DNA from: an uncultured delta proteobacterium
GTDB taxonomy: Bacteria; Desulfobacterota; Binatia; JACPRU01
Reading direction: 5' to 3'
Assembly (NCBI GenBank): GCA_963745025.1
Contig: CAVUWD010000016.1
Span: 256,001-320,000 of the forward strand
Length of the DNA: 64,000 nt
Part shown: positions 9,083 through 18,936 of the stretch, piece after piece
How the letters are laid out: the number at the start of each line of letters is the position of its first letter
Position numbering within the stretch: position 1 is the first letter of the stretch
Translations under genes and position numbers: made by a program
The notes under the pieces: generated by a model
The model's database searches: none
What the model saw: only the letters and a program-made list of their open reading frames with translations
Told to the model about the DNA's origin: nothing

Positions 9083-10551
9083 GCGCCGTCGAACGTTTTC
9101 GTCCGCTCTTCTATCCACGGGGAGTGGTGATCTCCGGCGTCTCCGCGCATCCCGGGAAGTGGGGATTCCTCTTCCTCCATCACCTGCTGCGGTTCGGCTA
9201 CGAGGGGAGGCTCTTCCCGATCAACCGCAAAGGTGTCGAGGTCCTTGGCCGCGCCACGGTTCGGAACATGGCGGACATCCCGGCAGGCGAAGCCGATCTG
9301 TTGATCGTGTGCACGCCAACCGCGATCAACGTCGAGCTCGTGCGCGCGGCAGCCCGCAAGGGCATGCGCGCGGCGTTCGTTGCCGCCGCAGGCTACGGCG
9401 AGGCCGGAGAGGAGGGCCGGCGGCTCGAAGCCGAGCTGGTGGCGGTGGCCGACGAGGTCGGCATGCTGCTCGCGGGTCCGAACGGGCAGGGTCTCGTCTC
9501 GACCGGCGCGCGGCTCTGCGCGCAGATGGTGGCGCCCTACCCACCGCCCGGGCGAATCTCGGTTGCGAGCCAAAGCGGCAACCTGGTTTCGTCCTTCTGT
9601 CATTACGCGAGCATGACCGGCGTGGGCATCTCGAAAGCGATCTCGTGCGGCAACTCCGCCCAGCTCACGATCGATGACTACGTCGACTATTTCGCCGACG
9701 ACCCCGAAACTGCCGTCACCTTCGTTTACCTGGAGGGGGTCCGTGATGGCCGGCGCTTCTTCAAGCGTGTGGCGCGGGCTTCGTCGCGAAAGCCGATCGT
9801 CGTGCTCAAAGGAGGTGCAACCGCGTTCGGACAGCGTGCGGCCTCCAGCCACACCGGCGCGCTCGCCAGCGACGACCGCATTTTCGACGGTGTCTGTCGA
9901 CAGCTCGGGATGTCGCGCGCCGAGACGCTCGAGGAAGCCTACGAAGCCGCGGCGACATTTGCTTCCCAACCTCTTCCACGTGGCAAGCGCGTGCTCGTCT
10001 TCACAGCCGCTGGGGGCTGGGGCGTACTCTGTGCCGACGCGTGTGTCCGAGCCGGCCTGGAGGTCGCTCCGCTGCCGAGCGATCTGCTCGCCGAAATCGA
10101 TCCGTTGCTACCCTCGCGGTGGAGCCGTGGAAACCCAGTCGACATGGCGGGTGGCGAGTCCCGCGACACGATCCCGAAGCTCCTGGACCTGGTCACTCGT
10201 CATCCGTCGGTCGACGCGGTGATCTATCTCGGACTGGGCATCCAGGCAGCCAATGCCCAGGTGCTCAAGAGCGGTCCATTCTATCCCGGCCACGGCCTCG
10301 ATCGAATCGTGGCGTTCCACGAGCGCCAGGACGCCCGCTACGCGGAAGTCGCGCGTGAAGTGAGCGAGCGATATGCGAAGCCCGTGCTGTGCGCGAGCGA
10401 GCTCGTATACACGGACCGGGCAGGAACCAATCCCGCGCCGCGTGCGGTAGCAGCGGGGGGACGGATCACCTATCCGTCGGCGCACCGTGCAGTGCGGGCG
10501 CTCGCGCACCTCGTACGTTACGCGGAGTGGCGTCGCCGACGCGGGCAATAG
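9079..10551 (+). CDS. ADP-forming acyl-CoA synthetase, CoA-binding/phospho-His subunit
   Basis: GPNGQG, SQSGN, YLEG, KPIVVLKGG, AASSHTGALA, GNPVD. Confidence 0.9.
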   Translation: MSAVERFRPLFYPRGVVISGVSAHPGKWGFLFLHHLLRFGYEGRLFPINRKGVEVLGRATVRNMADIPAGEADLLIVCTPTAINVELVRAAARKGMRAAFVAAAGYGEAGEEGRRLEAELVAVADEVGMLLAGPNGQGLVSTGARLCAQMVAPYPPPGRISVASQSGNLVSSFCHYASMTGVGISKAISCGNSAQLTIDDYVDYFADDPETAVTFVYLEGVRDGRRFFKRVARASSRKPIVVLKGGATAFGQRAASSHTGALASDDRIFDGVCRQLGMSRAETLEEAYEAAATFASQPLPRGKRVLVFTAAGGWGVLCADACVRAGLEVAPLPSDLLAEIDPLLPSRWSRGNPVDMAGGESRDTIPKLLDLVTRHPSVDAVIYLGLGIQAANAQVLKSGPFYPGHGLDRIVAFHERQDARYAEVAREVSERYAKPVLCASELVYTDRAGTNPAPRAVAAGGRITYPSAHRAVRALAHLVRYAEWRRRRGQ

Positions 10552-10580
10552 AAAAGGGCGGGAACCCTCCCGCCCTTTTC
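10551..10580. terminator. bidirectional intrinsic terminator
   Basis: Perfect 13-bp inverted repeat GAAAAGGGCGGGA-accc-TCCCGCCCTTTTC between convergent genes. Confidence 0.88.
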
Positions 10581-10608
10581 CATGCCATTCCGGCCCCGTT
10601 TGAAACGA

Positions 10609-10938
10609 TCAGGCGTTCTTGAACAAGGTTTGCATCTTCATTGCCAAGCCCATGTCGCCGGCGATCTTCAACTTGCCCTGCATGAACGCCATCTGGCCAT
10701 TCAGCTTGCCGAGCGTGAGATCGACGTAGTCCTTTCCGGCCATCGTCATGGTCATCTTCGGTGAGGGGTGGGTTCCTTCTTTTACCTCGAGCTTCCCCTC
10801 CTTGATGATCGCATGGTACTGCCCGCTGTCGTCCCCGGTCAGGTTGAACTGAATCACGGCATCCATGCCCTTGGCCGCGTCGGCGTTGAAGCGATTGGGC
10901 ATTTCCTTGAAGATGTCTTTCACCGTCACGTCTGCCAT
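10609..10938 (-). CDS. SCP2 sterol/lipid-binding domain protein
   Basis: MADVTVKDIF..IQFNLTG..GKLNGQMAFMQGKLKIAGDMGLAMK; AAGGAGG RBS. Confidence 0.93.
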   Translation of the reverse strand: MADVTVKDIFKEMPNRFNADAAKGMDAVIQFNLTGDDSGQYHAIIKEGKLEVKEGTHPSPKMTMTMAGKDYVDLTLGKLNGQMAFMQGKLKIAGDMGLAMKMQTLFKNA

Positions 10939-11011
10939 TGCTCTCTCCTCCTTAGCAGTGGGGCTCTGGATCAAATGATTGAATCTACATAGTGAGGGTC
11001 TGCGCGTTGTG

Positions 11012-11263
11012 TCAAGAGGCCGATACACGTGCGCCCGCGCCGGCTGAACGGACGCTGCGATCGCCTTCCTCGACGAGCTGAATCTCGTCGTAGTGCACCG
11101 ACCAGTTCGTACCATTGTCCCAGAGCACGCGCAGCGGGACGTTGAAGCCGTCGCGGAACTGACCCGTCACGATTCCACGCTCGCCGCGCCGCAGACGCAA
11201 GTATTGGTCCTTGAGATGAACCACCAGTTCGACTCGCTTCCCCATCAGGTTTTCGCAACTCAT
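11012..11263 (-). CDS. small DUF4314-like hypothetical protein
   Basis: GKRVELV..DQY..GERGIV..VLWDNG pattern recalled from DUF4314. Confidence 0.55.
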   Translation of the reverse strand: MSCENLMGKRVELVVHLKDQYLRLRRGERGIVTGQFRDGFNVPLRVLWDNGTNWSVHYDEIQLVEEGDRSVRSAGAGARVSAS

Positions 11264-11379
11264 CGGTTGACCTCCCAGCGCGCGATCTCGCGAGCCCACC
11301 AAAGTCGACCGAAGGTAGCAACAAAAACTTTGGGGTTCAATCGCCCGTTGTGCTAAGCGACGCCCTCGGAACCGGGACG

Positions 11380-11967
11380 ATGACGGCCGACGATTTCCGC
11401 AAAGACAAGTACCTCCGCGCCACCGGATACAACTTCTACGTGTGGGCGGCGGTGAACGTGCTGATCACCTGGCCACTCTACTCGGCGCTTGCCGGGAATC
11501 CCTGGCCGGACTGGCTCGCCGGCCTCTATCCGTTCGGGCTGATCGGCACGGGAATCTTCTTTTCCGTTCTCAATGACAACCGGGTGCAGAAGATGTGCGG
11601 CGACCCGAATCCAACTCCGCTGGTCGAAGCAGGCACCATCTGGGGGCCGATTTTTCTGATCGGATTCATACTCACGGTGGTCTTCGTGGTTCGGGGCCCG
11701 GCCGCCTATATTCAACCCTTGTGGCTCTGCCTCGTCGGAGCCGCGTACCTGATGTGGGGAAATTTCGGCGTTCCCGAGTTTCGCTGGTTCGGCCGGATAC
11801 TCGTCATCGCTGGAGGAATCGCCGGCTTGTCGATTCGGCCGGCCGACATCCCTCCACACCTGGCTTCGTCCTCCGCGCTCGCGGTCTGGGTGGCGTTCAT
11901 GGGCGCCCTGTGGGTGCCGTTTGGCGCGCACATCAACCGCAAATACGTCCACCCGAGCCCGCGATAG
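11380..11967 (+). CDS. hypothetical multi-TM membrane protein
   Basis: About six hydrophobic segments; fills the gap between confident genes. Confidence 0.75.
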   Translation: MTADDFRKDKYLRATGYNFYVWAAVNVLITWPLYSALAGNPWPDWLAGLYPFGLIGTGIFFSVLNDNRVQKMCGDPNPTPLVEAGTIWGPIFLIGFILTVVFVVRGPAAYIQPLWLCLVGAAYLMWGNFGVPEFRWFGRILVIAGGIAGLSIRPADIPPHLASSSALAVWVAFMGALWVPFGAHINRKYVHPSPR

Positions 11968-11969
11968 GC

Positions 11970-14045
11970 TCAACCACTCGAGCCTTCGAGCACAGCAGAT
12001 CGGGCGCCGTAGAGGGCCTGGTAGACGCGGCGATGCGCGAGCACGCGCTTCACGTAGCTGCGGGTTTCGCGGTAACTGATGCTCTCGACGAATTCGTCGT
12101 CCTCGACGTCCGGATCGCGACGCTGCCACTTGTCCACGGCGGCCTCGCCGGCGTTGTAGGCGGCCAACCCGCGCGCCAGATCACCGTCGTACCGGCTCAG
12201 GAGCTGTTGCAGATAGAGGGTCCCGAGCGCGATGTTGTCAGCGGGATCGAAGAGGCGCTCGGTGCGGAAATCGGCCTTGCCGCTCTCCGTGGCAAGACGC
12301 TCCCCTGTCGAGGGGAGAATCTGCATCAGACCGAGAGCGTTCGCGGACGACCGCGCTTCGCTATCGAAGAGACTTTCCTGCCGGATCAGGGCCGCAACGA
12401 GATAGGCATCGAGCGAGCGGGCCGCGCTTTCCCGCTCGACGACCGGCCAGAAGGCGAGGGGATAGCAAAAGCGGAGCCACGGGCTGTCGAGACCGCATCC
12501 GCCGGCGTGGACGGCGCGTCCGACCGATTGCCGATACCCCCCCACGTCGAGCCAGGCGTGGATCAGAAAGCCATCGCATCCGGAGATCCGCTGTTGAAAG
12601 ACCGCCAACTCACCGCGCGCCAGCGGCAGAAGGCTCATTGCTTTCAGCTCGTCGTACCGCGCGAGATGGGGATCACCGCTGGTGCACGCCGGTTCGAGGG
12701 GCTCGTGGGTCGGTTCGCGCGGAATTCGGCCGGCCAATGCCGAGCCCTCGCGGCGCCCGAGGCGTTGCTCGGCGAGCGTGGCGTAGTAACTCTCGGGATA
12801 TTCTCGGAGCAAGCTCTCGTAGCTAGCGGCGTCGCCGGAAGCCCTTGCCTCCCAGTAAAACGCCGCCGCCCTGTCGGACGAGCCCCGCTCGGCGAGATCC
12901 GCGAAAAGTTCCGCGGCGCGAGCACGATTTCCCGCTCGATATTGGCACCAGCCAACGCGGAATCGCGCCTCCGAGGCGAGCGGGCTCTCTGGGTAACGCT
13001 TCGCGAGCCGCGCGAATTGCTCGGCAGCCAGCGAGCAATGCCTCGCCTCTTGGTGAATGCGAGCGATTGCATAGATGGATTCCGCGGCTTGCGAGCCGCG
13101 GGGATATTCGCGGGCGTAAAGACCGAGAAGGCGGAGTGCGGCCACGTCGTCGTCCCGGTTCCAAGCGAGCGAGCCCAGCCGAAACAGTGCTCGAGCAGCG
13201 ACGGGATGGCGGGGATAGGTGGCGCGAATCCGCTCGAGCACCCGCTCACCCGCCTCCCGCTCGCCGCTTTGCAGGAGCGCGCTAGCTTCGAGCCACAGAA
13301 GCTCCGGGAGCTCGCTCTGCGAGCGGAAGCGCTCCTCGGCACTCTGCACGAGCTCGAGAGCTCGCGTCGCCTCTCCCTCTGCAAGCAGAAGCGAGATCTC
13401 CTCCCGCGCCGAAGCCGCCGTGGCCAGAGCGACGGTGTCGCGATCCGCCCACGCCTGCTCGCGGGCAGCGAGAGCTTGTGGCGACTGCGGATAGCGGGTG
13501 CGGAGCTCGGCGGCGAGGGCGCGCGCCGTAGCGACGTCGCCGAGCCGATCGGCGGCCTCGCTGGCGAGGGCCAGCGCGGAAGCGCGCTCGTTCGCGTCCC
13601 TCAGGTCCCGACGTGCGGCCTCGAGCTGTTTCGCCGCGGCTTCCCAATTGCCTTCCGCAGCCCGCGCACGCCCCACCGCGAGCTCGGCCTCTCCCTTCCA
13701 GACGGAGTCGGGAAAGCGGTCTTCCAGCGCGTGCCAGGTGGTGAGGGCGCCGGCTCTGTCGTCACGCGCCTCTGCGATCTTCGCGAGGTAGCGAAGCACG
13801 TAATCGGCGAGCTCTGGATACACCGGCGCGAGCCGCCGCAAAAGCGCATCGGCGGATGCCAGGTCACGTCGGTCGTAGAGCGATAGCGCAGCGTGAAACA
13901 GCTCGCGACGCTCCGCAGGAGTGCTGCCTTCGGGGATCGCGGCGGCGAGCGCTGGTGAAGGCGCGGTGGGGGGCAGCGGGCTCGGCTCCGGCGCGCAGGC
14001 GGCAATGAAGAAGAGGAGTGACGCAACCCACGTTCTTCTTTTCAT
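11970..14045 (-). CDS. slt: Soluble lytic transglycosylase (Slt70-like) lipoprotein with TPR repeats
   Basis: IAAC lipobox; helical repeats; RQES..SSANALGLMQI..AAYNAG..ETRSYV. Confidence 0.92.
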   Translation of the reverse strand: MKRRTWVASLLFFIAACAPEPSPLPPTAPSPALAAAIPEGSTPAERRELFHAALSLYDRRDLASADALLRRLAPVYPELADYVLRYLAKIAEARDDRAGALTTWHALEDRFPDSVWKGEAELAVGRARAAEGNWEAAAKQLEAARRDLRDANERASALALASEAADRLGDVATARALAAELRTRYPQSPQALAAREQAWADRDTVALATAASAREEISLLLAEGEATRALELVQSAEERFRSQSELPELLWLEASALLQSGEREAGERVLERIRATYPRHPVAARALFRLGSLAWNRDDDVAALRLLGLYAREYPRGSQAAESIYAIARIHQEARHCSLAAEQFARLAKRYPESPLASEARFRVGWCQYRAGNRARAAELFADLAERGSSDRAAAFYWEARASGDAASYESLLREYPESYYATLAEQRLGRREGSALAGRIPREPTHEPLEPACTSGDPHLARYDELKAMSLLPLARGELAVFQQRISGCDGFLIHAWLDVGGYRQSVGRAVHAGGCGLDSPWLRFCYPLAFWPVVERESAARSLDAYLVAALIRQESLFDSEARSSANALGLMQILPSTGERLATESGKADFRTERLFDPADNIALGTLYLQQLLSRYDGDLARGLAAYNAGEAAVDKWQRRDPDVEDDEFVESISYRETRSYVKRVLAHRRVYQALYGARSAVLEGSSG

Positions 14046-14063
14046 GTCCCGGCTTCGGCTACC

Positions 14064-14696
14064 ATGGGCCGCTTGGAGCCGCAACGCAACGAACGTCGAT
14101 CGGAGTGCTGGATTCTCGCCTCGGCCTCGCCACGGAGAGTAGACCTGCTCGAGCGCGCAGGTCAGCGCTTCGAGCGCGAAGCAAGCGCGGTCGACGAATC
14201 GGCGCGAGCGGGAGAGGGCGCCCTCGAGTTCGCAGTACGAGTGGCGCACGACAAGGCCCGCGAGGTCGCCGGCCGTCGTCCCGGGCGCTGGGTTCTCGCC
14301 GCCGACACGGTGGTGATCGTCGACGGCGAGCCGCTCGGCAAGCCACGTGATGCGACTGACGCGCGAGCGATGCTCGCGCGCCTTTCGGACCGAAAGCACG
14401 AGGTTGCCACCGCGTTCGTGCTGCTCGATTCCGCAGGACGAACCTTCGCCACGGAAGTCGTCCGTAGCGAGGTGACGTTTCGCCGGGTCGCATTCCCGGA
14501 CATCGAGGCATACGTTCGGACGGATGAGCCGCTCGACAAGGCGGGTGGCTATGCGATCCAGGGCGGCGCCCGAGCCTTCGTCCGGGAGCTCAGGGGATCG
14601 CTCACCAACGTCATCGGCTTGCCGATGGCCGAGGTCGAGGCCGCGCTGCGGGCTGCAGGTCTCTGGATCGAAGCGCCCGCGGCGTGCGAACGATGA
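14064..14696 (+). CDS. maf: Maf/YhdE nucleoside triphosphate pyrophosphatase
   Basis: ILASASPRR, AADTVV, GKP, DKAGGYAIQG, NVIGLP. Confidence 0.93.
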   Translation: MGRLEPQRNERRSECWILASASPRRVDLLERAGQRFEREASAVDESARAGEGALEFAVRVAHDKAREVAGRRPGRWVLAADTVVIVDGEPLGKPRDATDARAMLARLSDRKHEVATAFVLLDSAGRTFATEVVRSEVTFRRVAFPDIEAYVRTDEPLDKAGGYAIQGGARAFVRELRGSLTNVIGLPMAEVEAALRAAGLWIEAPAACER

Positions 14697-15385
14697 GCTC
14701 GACGATTGCAGAGCGCTATGGCTCTGTCGTCGCGCGGGCTGCCGAAGCGGCCGTGCGCTCGGGAAGAGCCCCCGCCGAAGTCACCATCGTCGTCGCCGCA
14801 AAAACGTTCGGCGTCGACAGGCTACGAGAGGTCGTGGCTGCCGGCGCCCGAGAGATCGGCGAGAATTACGTTCAGGAAGCGCGCCGCAAAGCCTCGGAGC
14901 TCCGTCTGCCGCAAGTGCGCTGGCACATGATCGGAAGGCTGCAGCGCAACAAAGTGAAGCAAGCACTGCCGCTCTTTCATCTGATCCACTCGCTCGATCG
15001 GCTCGATCTCGCCGAGGCTCTGGACTCCGCGGCCAGGCTGCTCGGAAGGACTGCGCGTTGTCTCGTCGAGGTCAACCTCGCGGGCGAGAGAACCAAGGGC
15101 GGCGTCTCCCCGGACTCGCTTTCCGCGCTGCTCGAGGCGGTGGCGCCGTTCGCTCATCTGTCCATCGAGGGCCTGATGGCGATCCCGCCGCCCGGCTCGA
15201 TCGATGGCAGCCGCCGATCGTTCGCTCGCCTACGCGCGCTGCGGGACCGGCTCGTCCATTTGCGTCTTCCCAACGTCCAGCTTAAGGAACTTTCCATGGG
15301 GATGTCCTCGGATTTCGAAGATGCCATCGAAGAAGGGGCGACCCTAGTGCGGATCGGAACCGCGATCTTCGGGCCGCGTGGCGAC
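14693..15385 (+). CDS. yggS: PLP homeostasis protein YggS (no stop codon; reads in frame into proC)
   Basis: AAKT, GENYVQE, WHMIGRLQRNKVK, GLMAIP, LSMGMSSD, RIGTAIFG. Confidence 0.92.
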
Positions 15386-16222
15386 ATGACGAAGCGACCA
15401 AAAAAGCTCGGTTTCATCGGCGCCGGCAACATGGCCGGTGCGCTTCTGAAGGGGGTTCTCGCGGCCGGTCTGTACCGTGCGGGGGGCCTCTGGGTGACCG
15501 ATCCGGTGCCCGATCAGTGTCGACGGGTGCGGCGTCGTTACGGCGTTGGCGCGGCTCGAGACAACCGAGAGCTGGTGCGCGGCTCGCAGATCGTCCTACT
15601 CGCGGTCAAACCGCAGGTACTTCCGGAGGTGCTCGAAGAGATCAAGGGCGATGCCGGCTCCCGCCAGCTCTTCCTGTCGATTGCCGCCGGAGTGCCTCTC
15701 CGTCGGCTCGAGGCTGGCCTCGGCGAGCGCGTCCGCGTCGTTCGGGTGATGCCGAACGCACCGGCTCTTCTCGGCAAGGGAATGTCGGTGCTGGTCAAAG
15801 GTTCGCGCGCGACATCCGGGGATCTGCGGCTTGCGCTGCGAATTTTTCGTGGAGTCGGTGACGCGGTAGCCGTGGATGACGAGCAGCTTCTCGATCCGGT
15901 GACGGGCTTGAGCGGAAGCGGACCGGCCTACGTGTATCGCTTCGCGGAGGCGCTCATCGAGGCGGGTACGCGCCAGGGGATCCCGGCGGAAGTGGTCGGC
16001 CGGCTCGTGTTCCGAACGCTCGACGGCGCCGCCGCGATGCTGCTCGAAACGGGCATGACGCCGAAGGAACTGCGTGAGATGGTGAGCTCACCCGGCGGGA
16101 CGACTCTCGCAGGCCTGGCGGCGCTCGACGGAGGCGGGTTCATGGATGCGGTGATAGCAGCCGTTGCCGCGGCCACGTATCGTTCGCGAGAGCTGGGCGC
16201 CGGTGAAACGGTTGGGGGGTAG
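15386..16222 (+). CDS. proC: pyrroline-5-carboxylate reductase (in frame with yggS)
   Basis: FIGAGNMA, AVKPQ, SIAAGV, RVMPN, SGSGPAY, VSSPGGTT. Confidence 0.93.
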   Translation: MTKRPKKLGFIGAGNMAGALLKGVLAAGLYRAGGLWVTDPVPDQCRRVRRRYGVGAARDNRELVRGSQIVLLAVKPQVLPEVLEEIKGDAGSRQLFLSIAAGVPLRRLEAGLGERVRVVRVMPNAPALLGKGMSVLVKGSRATSGDLRLALRIFRGVGDAVAVDDEQLLDPVTGLSGSGPAYVYRFAEALIEAGTRQGIPAEVVGRLVFRTLDGAAAMLLETGMTPKELREMVSSPGGTTLAGLAALDGGGFMDAVIAAVAAATYRSRELGAGETVGG

Positions 16223-16225
16223 CCG

Positions 16226-16528
16226 ATGTTCATGCTTTCCAATTTCCTGATCGCTGCCGCGAGCGTGCTCGGGATGCTGATCACGCTCTACACCTACGTG
16301 ATTATCGCGCGGGCGATCATCTCTTGGGTCAATCCCGACCCGTACAATCCGATCGTGCGCTTCCTCTACAACGTGACCGAGCCGGTGCTCTATCGAGTGC
16401 GGCGGACGATTCCGTTCTCCTATGCCGGAGGGCTCGATTTCTCGCCGCTAATCGTGCTTTTCGGGCTGTATTTCTTGCAAATCTTCCTGGTGCGGAGCCT
16501 CCAGGACTTCGCGGTCACGTTGCGCTGA
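16226..16528 (+). CDS. yggT: YggT family membrane protein
   Basis: IISWVNPDPYNPIV..TEP..GGLDFSP. Confidence 0.93.
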   Translation: MFMLSNFLIAAASVLGMLITLYTYVIIARAIISWVNPDPYNPIVRFLYNVTEPVLYRVRRTIPFSYAGGLDFSPLIVLFGLYFLQIFLVRSLQDFAVTLR

Positions 16529-16544
16529 CCGCCCGCGGCCTGCA

Positions 16545-16572
16545 TTGACAATGGTCCGCACCCTGATTAATT
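16545..16572 (+). promoter_or_regulatory. putative sigma70 promoter (likely leaderless transcript)
   Basis: TTGACA-N16-TTAATT with TGn extension, ending 8 nt before ATG 16581; no SD seen. Confidence 0.5.
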
Positions 16573-16580
16573 AAAACCTA

Positions 16581-16880
16581 ATGCCCGTGTACGAGTACGG
16601 CTGCGAAAGTTGCGGTACGTTCGAAGCCACCCAGCGGATCACTGATAAACCGCTGCGCCGCTGCCCCACGTGCAAGGGCAAGGTCGCAAAGCTGATCTCG
16701 AGCACGTCGTTTCAGCTCAAGGGATCAGGGTGGTACGTGACCGACTATGCGGGTAAAAAGGACGGCAGCGGGACGAATCTGAAAGAAGACGCCAAGCCAA
16801 ACCCAACGGTCGCTAAGGAGTCGAAAGACTCCACCCCTGCCAAGAGCAGCCAGGGAAAAACCGAGGCGACCGCCGCCTGA
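16581..16880 (+). CDS. FmdB-family zinc ribbon protein
   Basis: [29 protein letters not shown]. Confidence 0.93.
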   Translation: MPVYEYGCESCGTFEATQRITDKPLRRCPTCKGKVAKLISSTSFQLKGSGWYVTDYAGKKDGSGTNLKEDAKPNPTVAKESKDSTPAKSSQGKTEATAA

Positions 16881-16952
16881 CGGACGATCGCCTCGCGGTT
16901 GACCGACGCGCGCGACGCTCTTGGGCGAGAAACCGCTAAAAGCTTAGTTTGC

Positions 16953-17354
16953 TCACGCCGCGTGAGTGTTCTTAGCGGTCACCAGATCGTCCACCTTCTT
17001 CTCGAGAGACGAGAGCCGCTTGGCGAGCAACTCGACCTCGTGCTTCGAGGGCAGGCTCAGTCGGCGCACCCACGAATCGACGCGATTCTTGGTTTGGGAC
17101 TCGATCTGCGAGAGGATCTTCTCGGCGCGCGACTCCAGCGTCTTCAGCGCCTTCTCCGCGCGCTTCTGGATGTCATTGCGGATTGCTTTGGCCTGGTCGA
17201 GCAGGTTGTCGAGAATTTTCCGCTGATCCTTGCTGATCAGCTTGCTCGCCTCCTTGCGGGCGCGAGTAAACAGTTTCTCGCCCTCGGACTGGAGATCTCG
17301 AATCGATTTCTGAACTTGAGCCAGCCCGGGGAACGTTGCCGCTTTTGATGACAT
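16953..17354 (-). CDS. phasin-like (PHA-granule associated) coiled-coil protein
   Basis: Amphipathic helices ending LSLPSKHEVELLAKRLSSLEKKV; AAGGAGG RBS. Confidence 0.65.
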   Translation of the reverse strand: MSSKAATFPGLAQVQKSIRDLQSEGEKLFTRARKEASKLISKDQRKILDNLLDQAKAIRNDIQKRAEKALKTLESRAEKILSQIESQTKNRVDSWVRRLSLPSKHEVELLAKRLSSLEKKVDDLVTAKNTHAA

Positions 17355-17455
17355 TCTGGGAGTCCTCCTTGTTACGTCTTCGTGTTGTTTCGCGATGCCT
17401 TAAATTTTCTAACACGCCGCGTCAGAATGTCAAGGCGCATCGCGCGCATGCATGT

Positions 17456-17554
17456 TGTGGATAAAATGTGAAGGAGATCGGGAAACGCACGCTTCGACGG
17501 CGAGAAATTCATACTAAAAGCAGCATATTCTCAAGCATGAGAACGTGTGGATAA
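17456..17554. promoter_or_regulatory. two perfect DnaA-box sequences in a divergent intergenic region
   Basis: TGTGGATAA at 17456-17464 and 17546-17554. Confidence 0.4.
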
Positions 17555-17605
17555 CCCGACGTGACTGCGATTGACAATGGCGAGGTCTCGGCTGTCGCGA
17601 GGAGC

Positions 17606-18892
17606 ATGGTGCGCACGCTCGTCCGAGCGAGTTTGTCAGTCGCTCTGGGCATTCTCTTCGGATCCGGCGCCGCGCCCGCGCAACCCACGCCCGGTCCCTC
17701 CACAAGCGTCACCGATGCCGCGGAGGCCCAGCAACTGGTCTTCCTTCTTCAGTACGTGGGCAGCGACTATGGGGGCGCCGTCGCGAACGGACGCATCGTC
17801 GACGAAGCCGAATACCGCGAGAACCGTGACTTCGCGGCACTCATCGTCGAGCGATTTGGCCGACTACGCTCGTCGATGCCTCCGGCCAAAGCCTCGCCGC
17901 TCGAGGTCGCCGTCCGGAAGCTCGATGAGCTCGTCTCGGCTCGCGCCGATGCCCGCGTGGTCAAGGGAGTGACCGAGGCGGCCATCTTGCTTGCCGTCCA
18001 GGCGTTCGATCTCCGCTCGTTTCCGCGGGAGCGACCCGACCCCGTCCTGGCGAGCCGTCTCTATGCCGAGAGCTGCACCCCGTGCCACGGTGTTAGCGGC
18101 GGCGGCGACGGGCCGCGAGCTAAAGAGCTCAACCCACCTCCGGCCCGGTTTACGGATCCTGCGCGCATGAATACGGCGGCGCCGTATCTCTTCTACAATG
18201 CAATCACTCTGGGAGTCCCGAACACCTCGATGGCGTCGTTCTCCGATTCGCTGTCGGATCAGGAGCGGTGGGATCTCGCTTTCTATCTCTGGACCTTCGT
18301 GCTTTCACGAGGCGAGGGCGCACCCCCGCCGCTCACGCTGTCGCTTCGAGATCTGGCGACGCGCTCGTCGGCAGATCTTGCACCCGAGGTGCTCCGGCAA
18401 GCGGCGGCGCGCGGGCAGTCGATCGACGGCCCGCGGGTGCTCTCGTGGCTGGCGCACTTGCGCGTACACACCCCGTCACTCAGTCATCCGCAAGAACAGC
18501 TGGCGCGGCTCCGGCAGGATCTCGAGCGCAGCGTCGCGCTCGTGGCACGGGGAGATACGGACTCGGCGACCGACTTGGTGACCAACGCATATCTCGCCGA
18601 GTTCGAGCCGCTCGAAGCCGAGCTCGACCGACGAGATGGGGGCGTACGACAGCGCTTCGAACACGGCCTCATCGAGTTTCGTGCGGCGGTGCGGCGCGGG
18701 GACCGGCAGGCGGCGCTCGCCATCGTGCAAACACTCGAAGAGACGGCCGGGCAGGCGGAACAGCTGCTCGTTCCCGGCGGAGCTCGGAAGGGCCCGAACA
18801 CTCGTCTCGCGCTCGTCCTTCTGCTCATGGCGGCGGCTCTCGGAGGCGTGCTGCTGGTGTGGCGGATTGGCAAGGAAACGGGCGTAGGCTAA
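17606..18892 (+). CDS. exported monoheme cytochrome c, PbrT/FTR1-associated type, lacking the permease domain
   Basis: Signal peptide; LLQYVGSDY..EAEYRE; CTPCH; GVPNTSM; AYLAEFEPLE; single C-terminal TM. Confidence 0.8.
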   Translation: MVRTLVRASLSVALGILFGSGAAPAQPTPGPSTSVTDAAEAQQLVFLLQYVGSDYGGAVANGRIVDEAEYRENRDFAALIVERFGRLRSSMPPAKASPLEVAVRKLDELVSARADARVVKGVTEAAILLAVQAFDLRSFPRERPDPVLASRLYAESCTPCHGVSGGGDGPRAKELNPPPARFTDPARMNTAAPYLFYNAITLGVPNTSMASFSDSLSDQERWDLAFYLWTFVLSRGEGAPPPLTLSLRDLATRSSADLAPEVLRQAAARGQSIDGPRVLSWLAHLRVHTPSLSHPQEQLARLRQDLERSVALVARGDTDSATDLVTNAYLAEFEPLEAELDRRDGGVRQRFEHGLIEFRAAVRRGDRQAALAIVQTLEETAGQAEQLLVPGGARKGPNTRLALVLLLMAAALGGVLLVWRIGKETGVG

Positions 18893-18936
18893 GGAAGCGG
18901 CGTTCTCGCGGCATCGAGAAAAGAGGGAGAGCGAAC

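Noticed and set aside
7775-9118. 447-aa ORF with an N-terminal extension on the ACT protein
   Set aside because: The extension is antisense to the ATP-grasp gene; the real start is 8329.
11595-13886. 763-aa plus-strand ORF
   Set aside because: Antisense shadow of the slt gene; no motifs; long shadow ORFs are common at this GC content.
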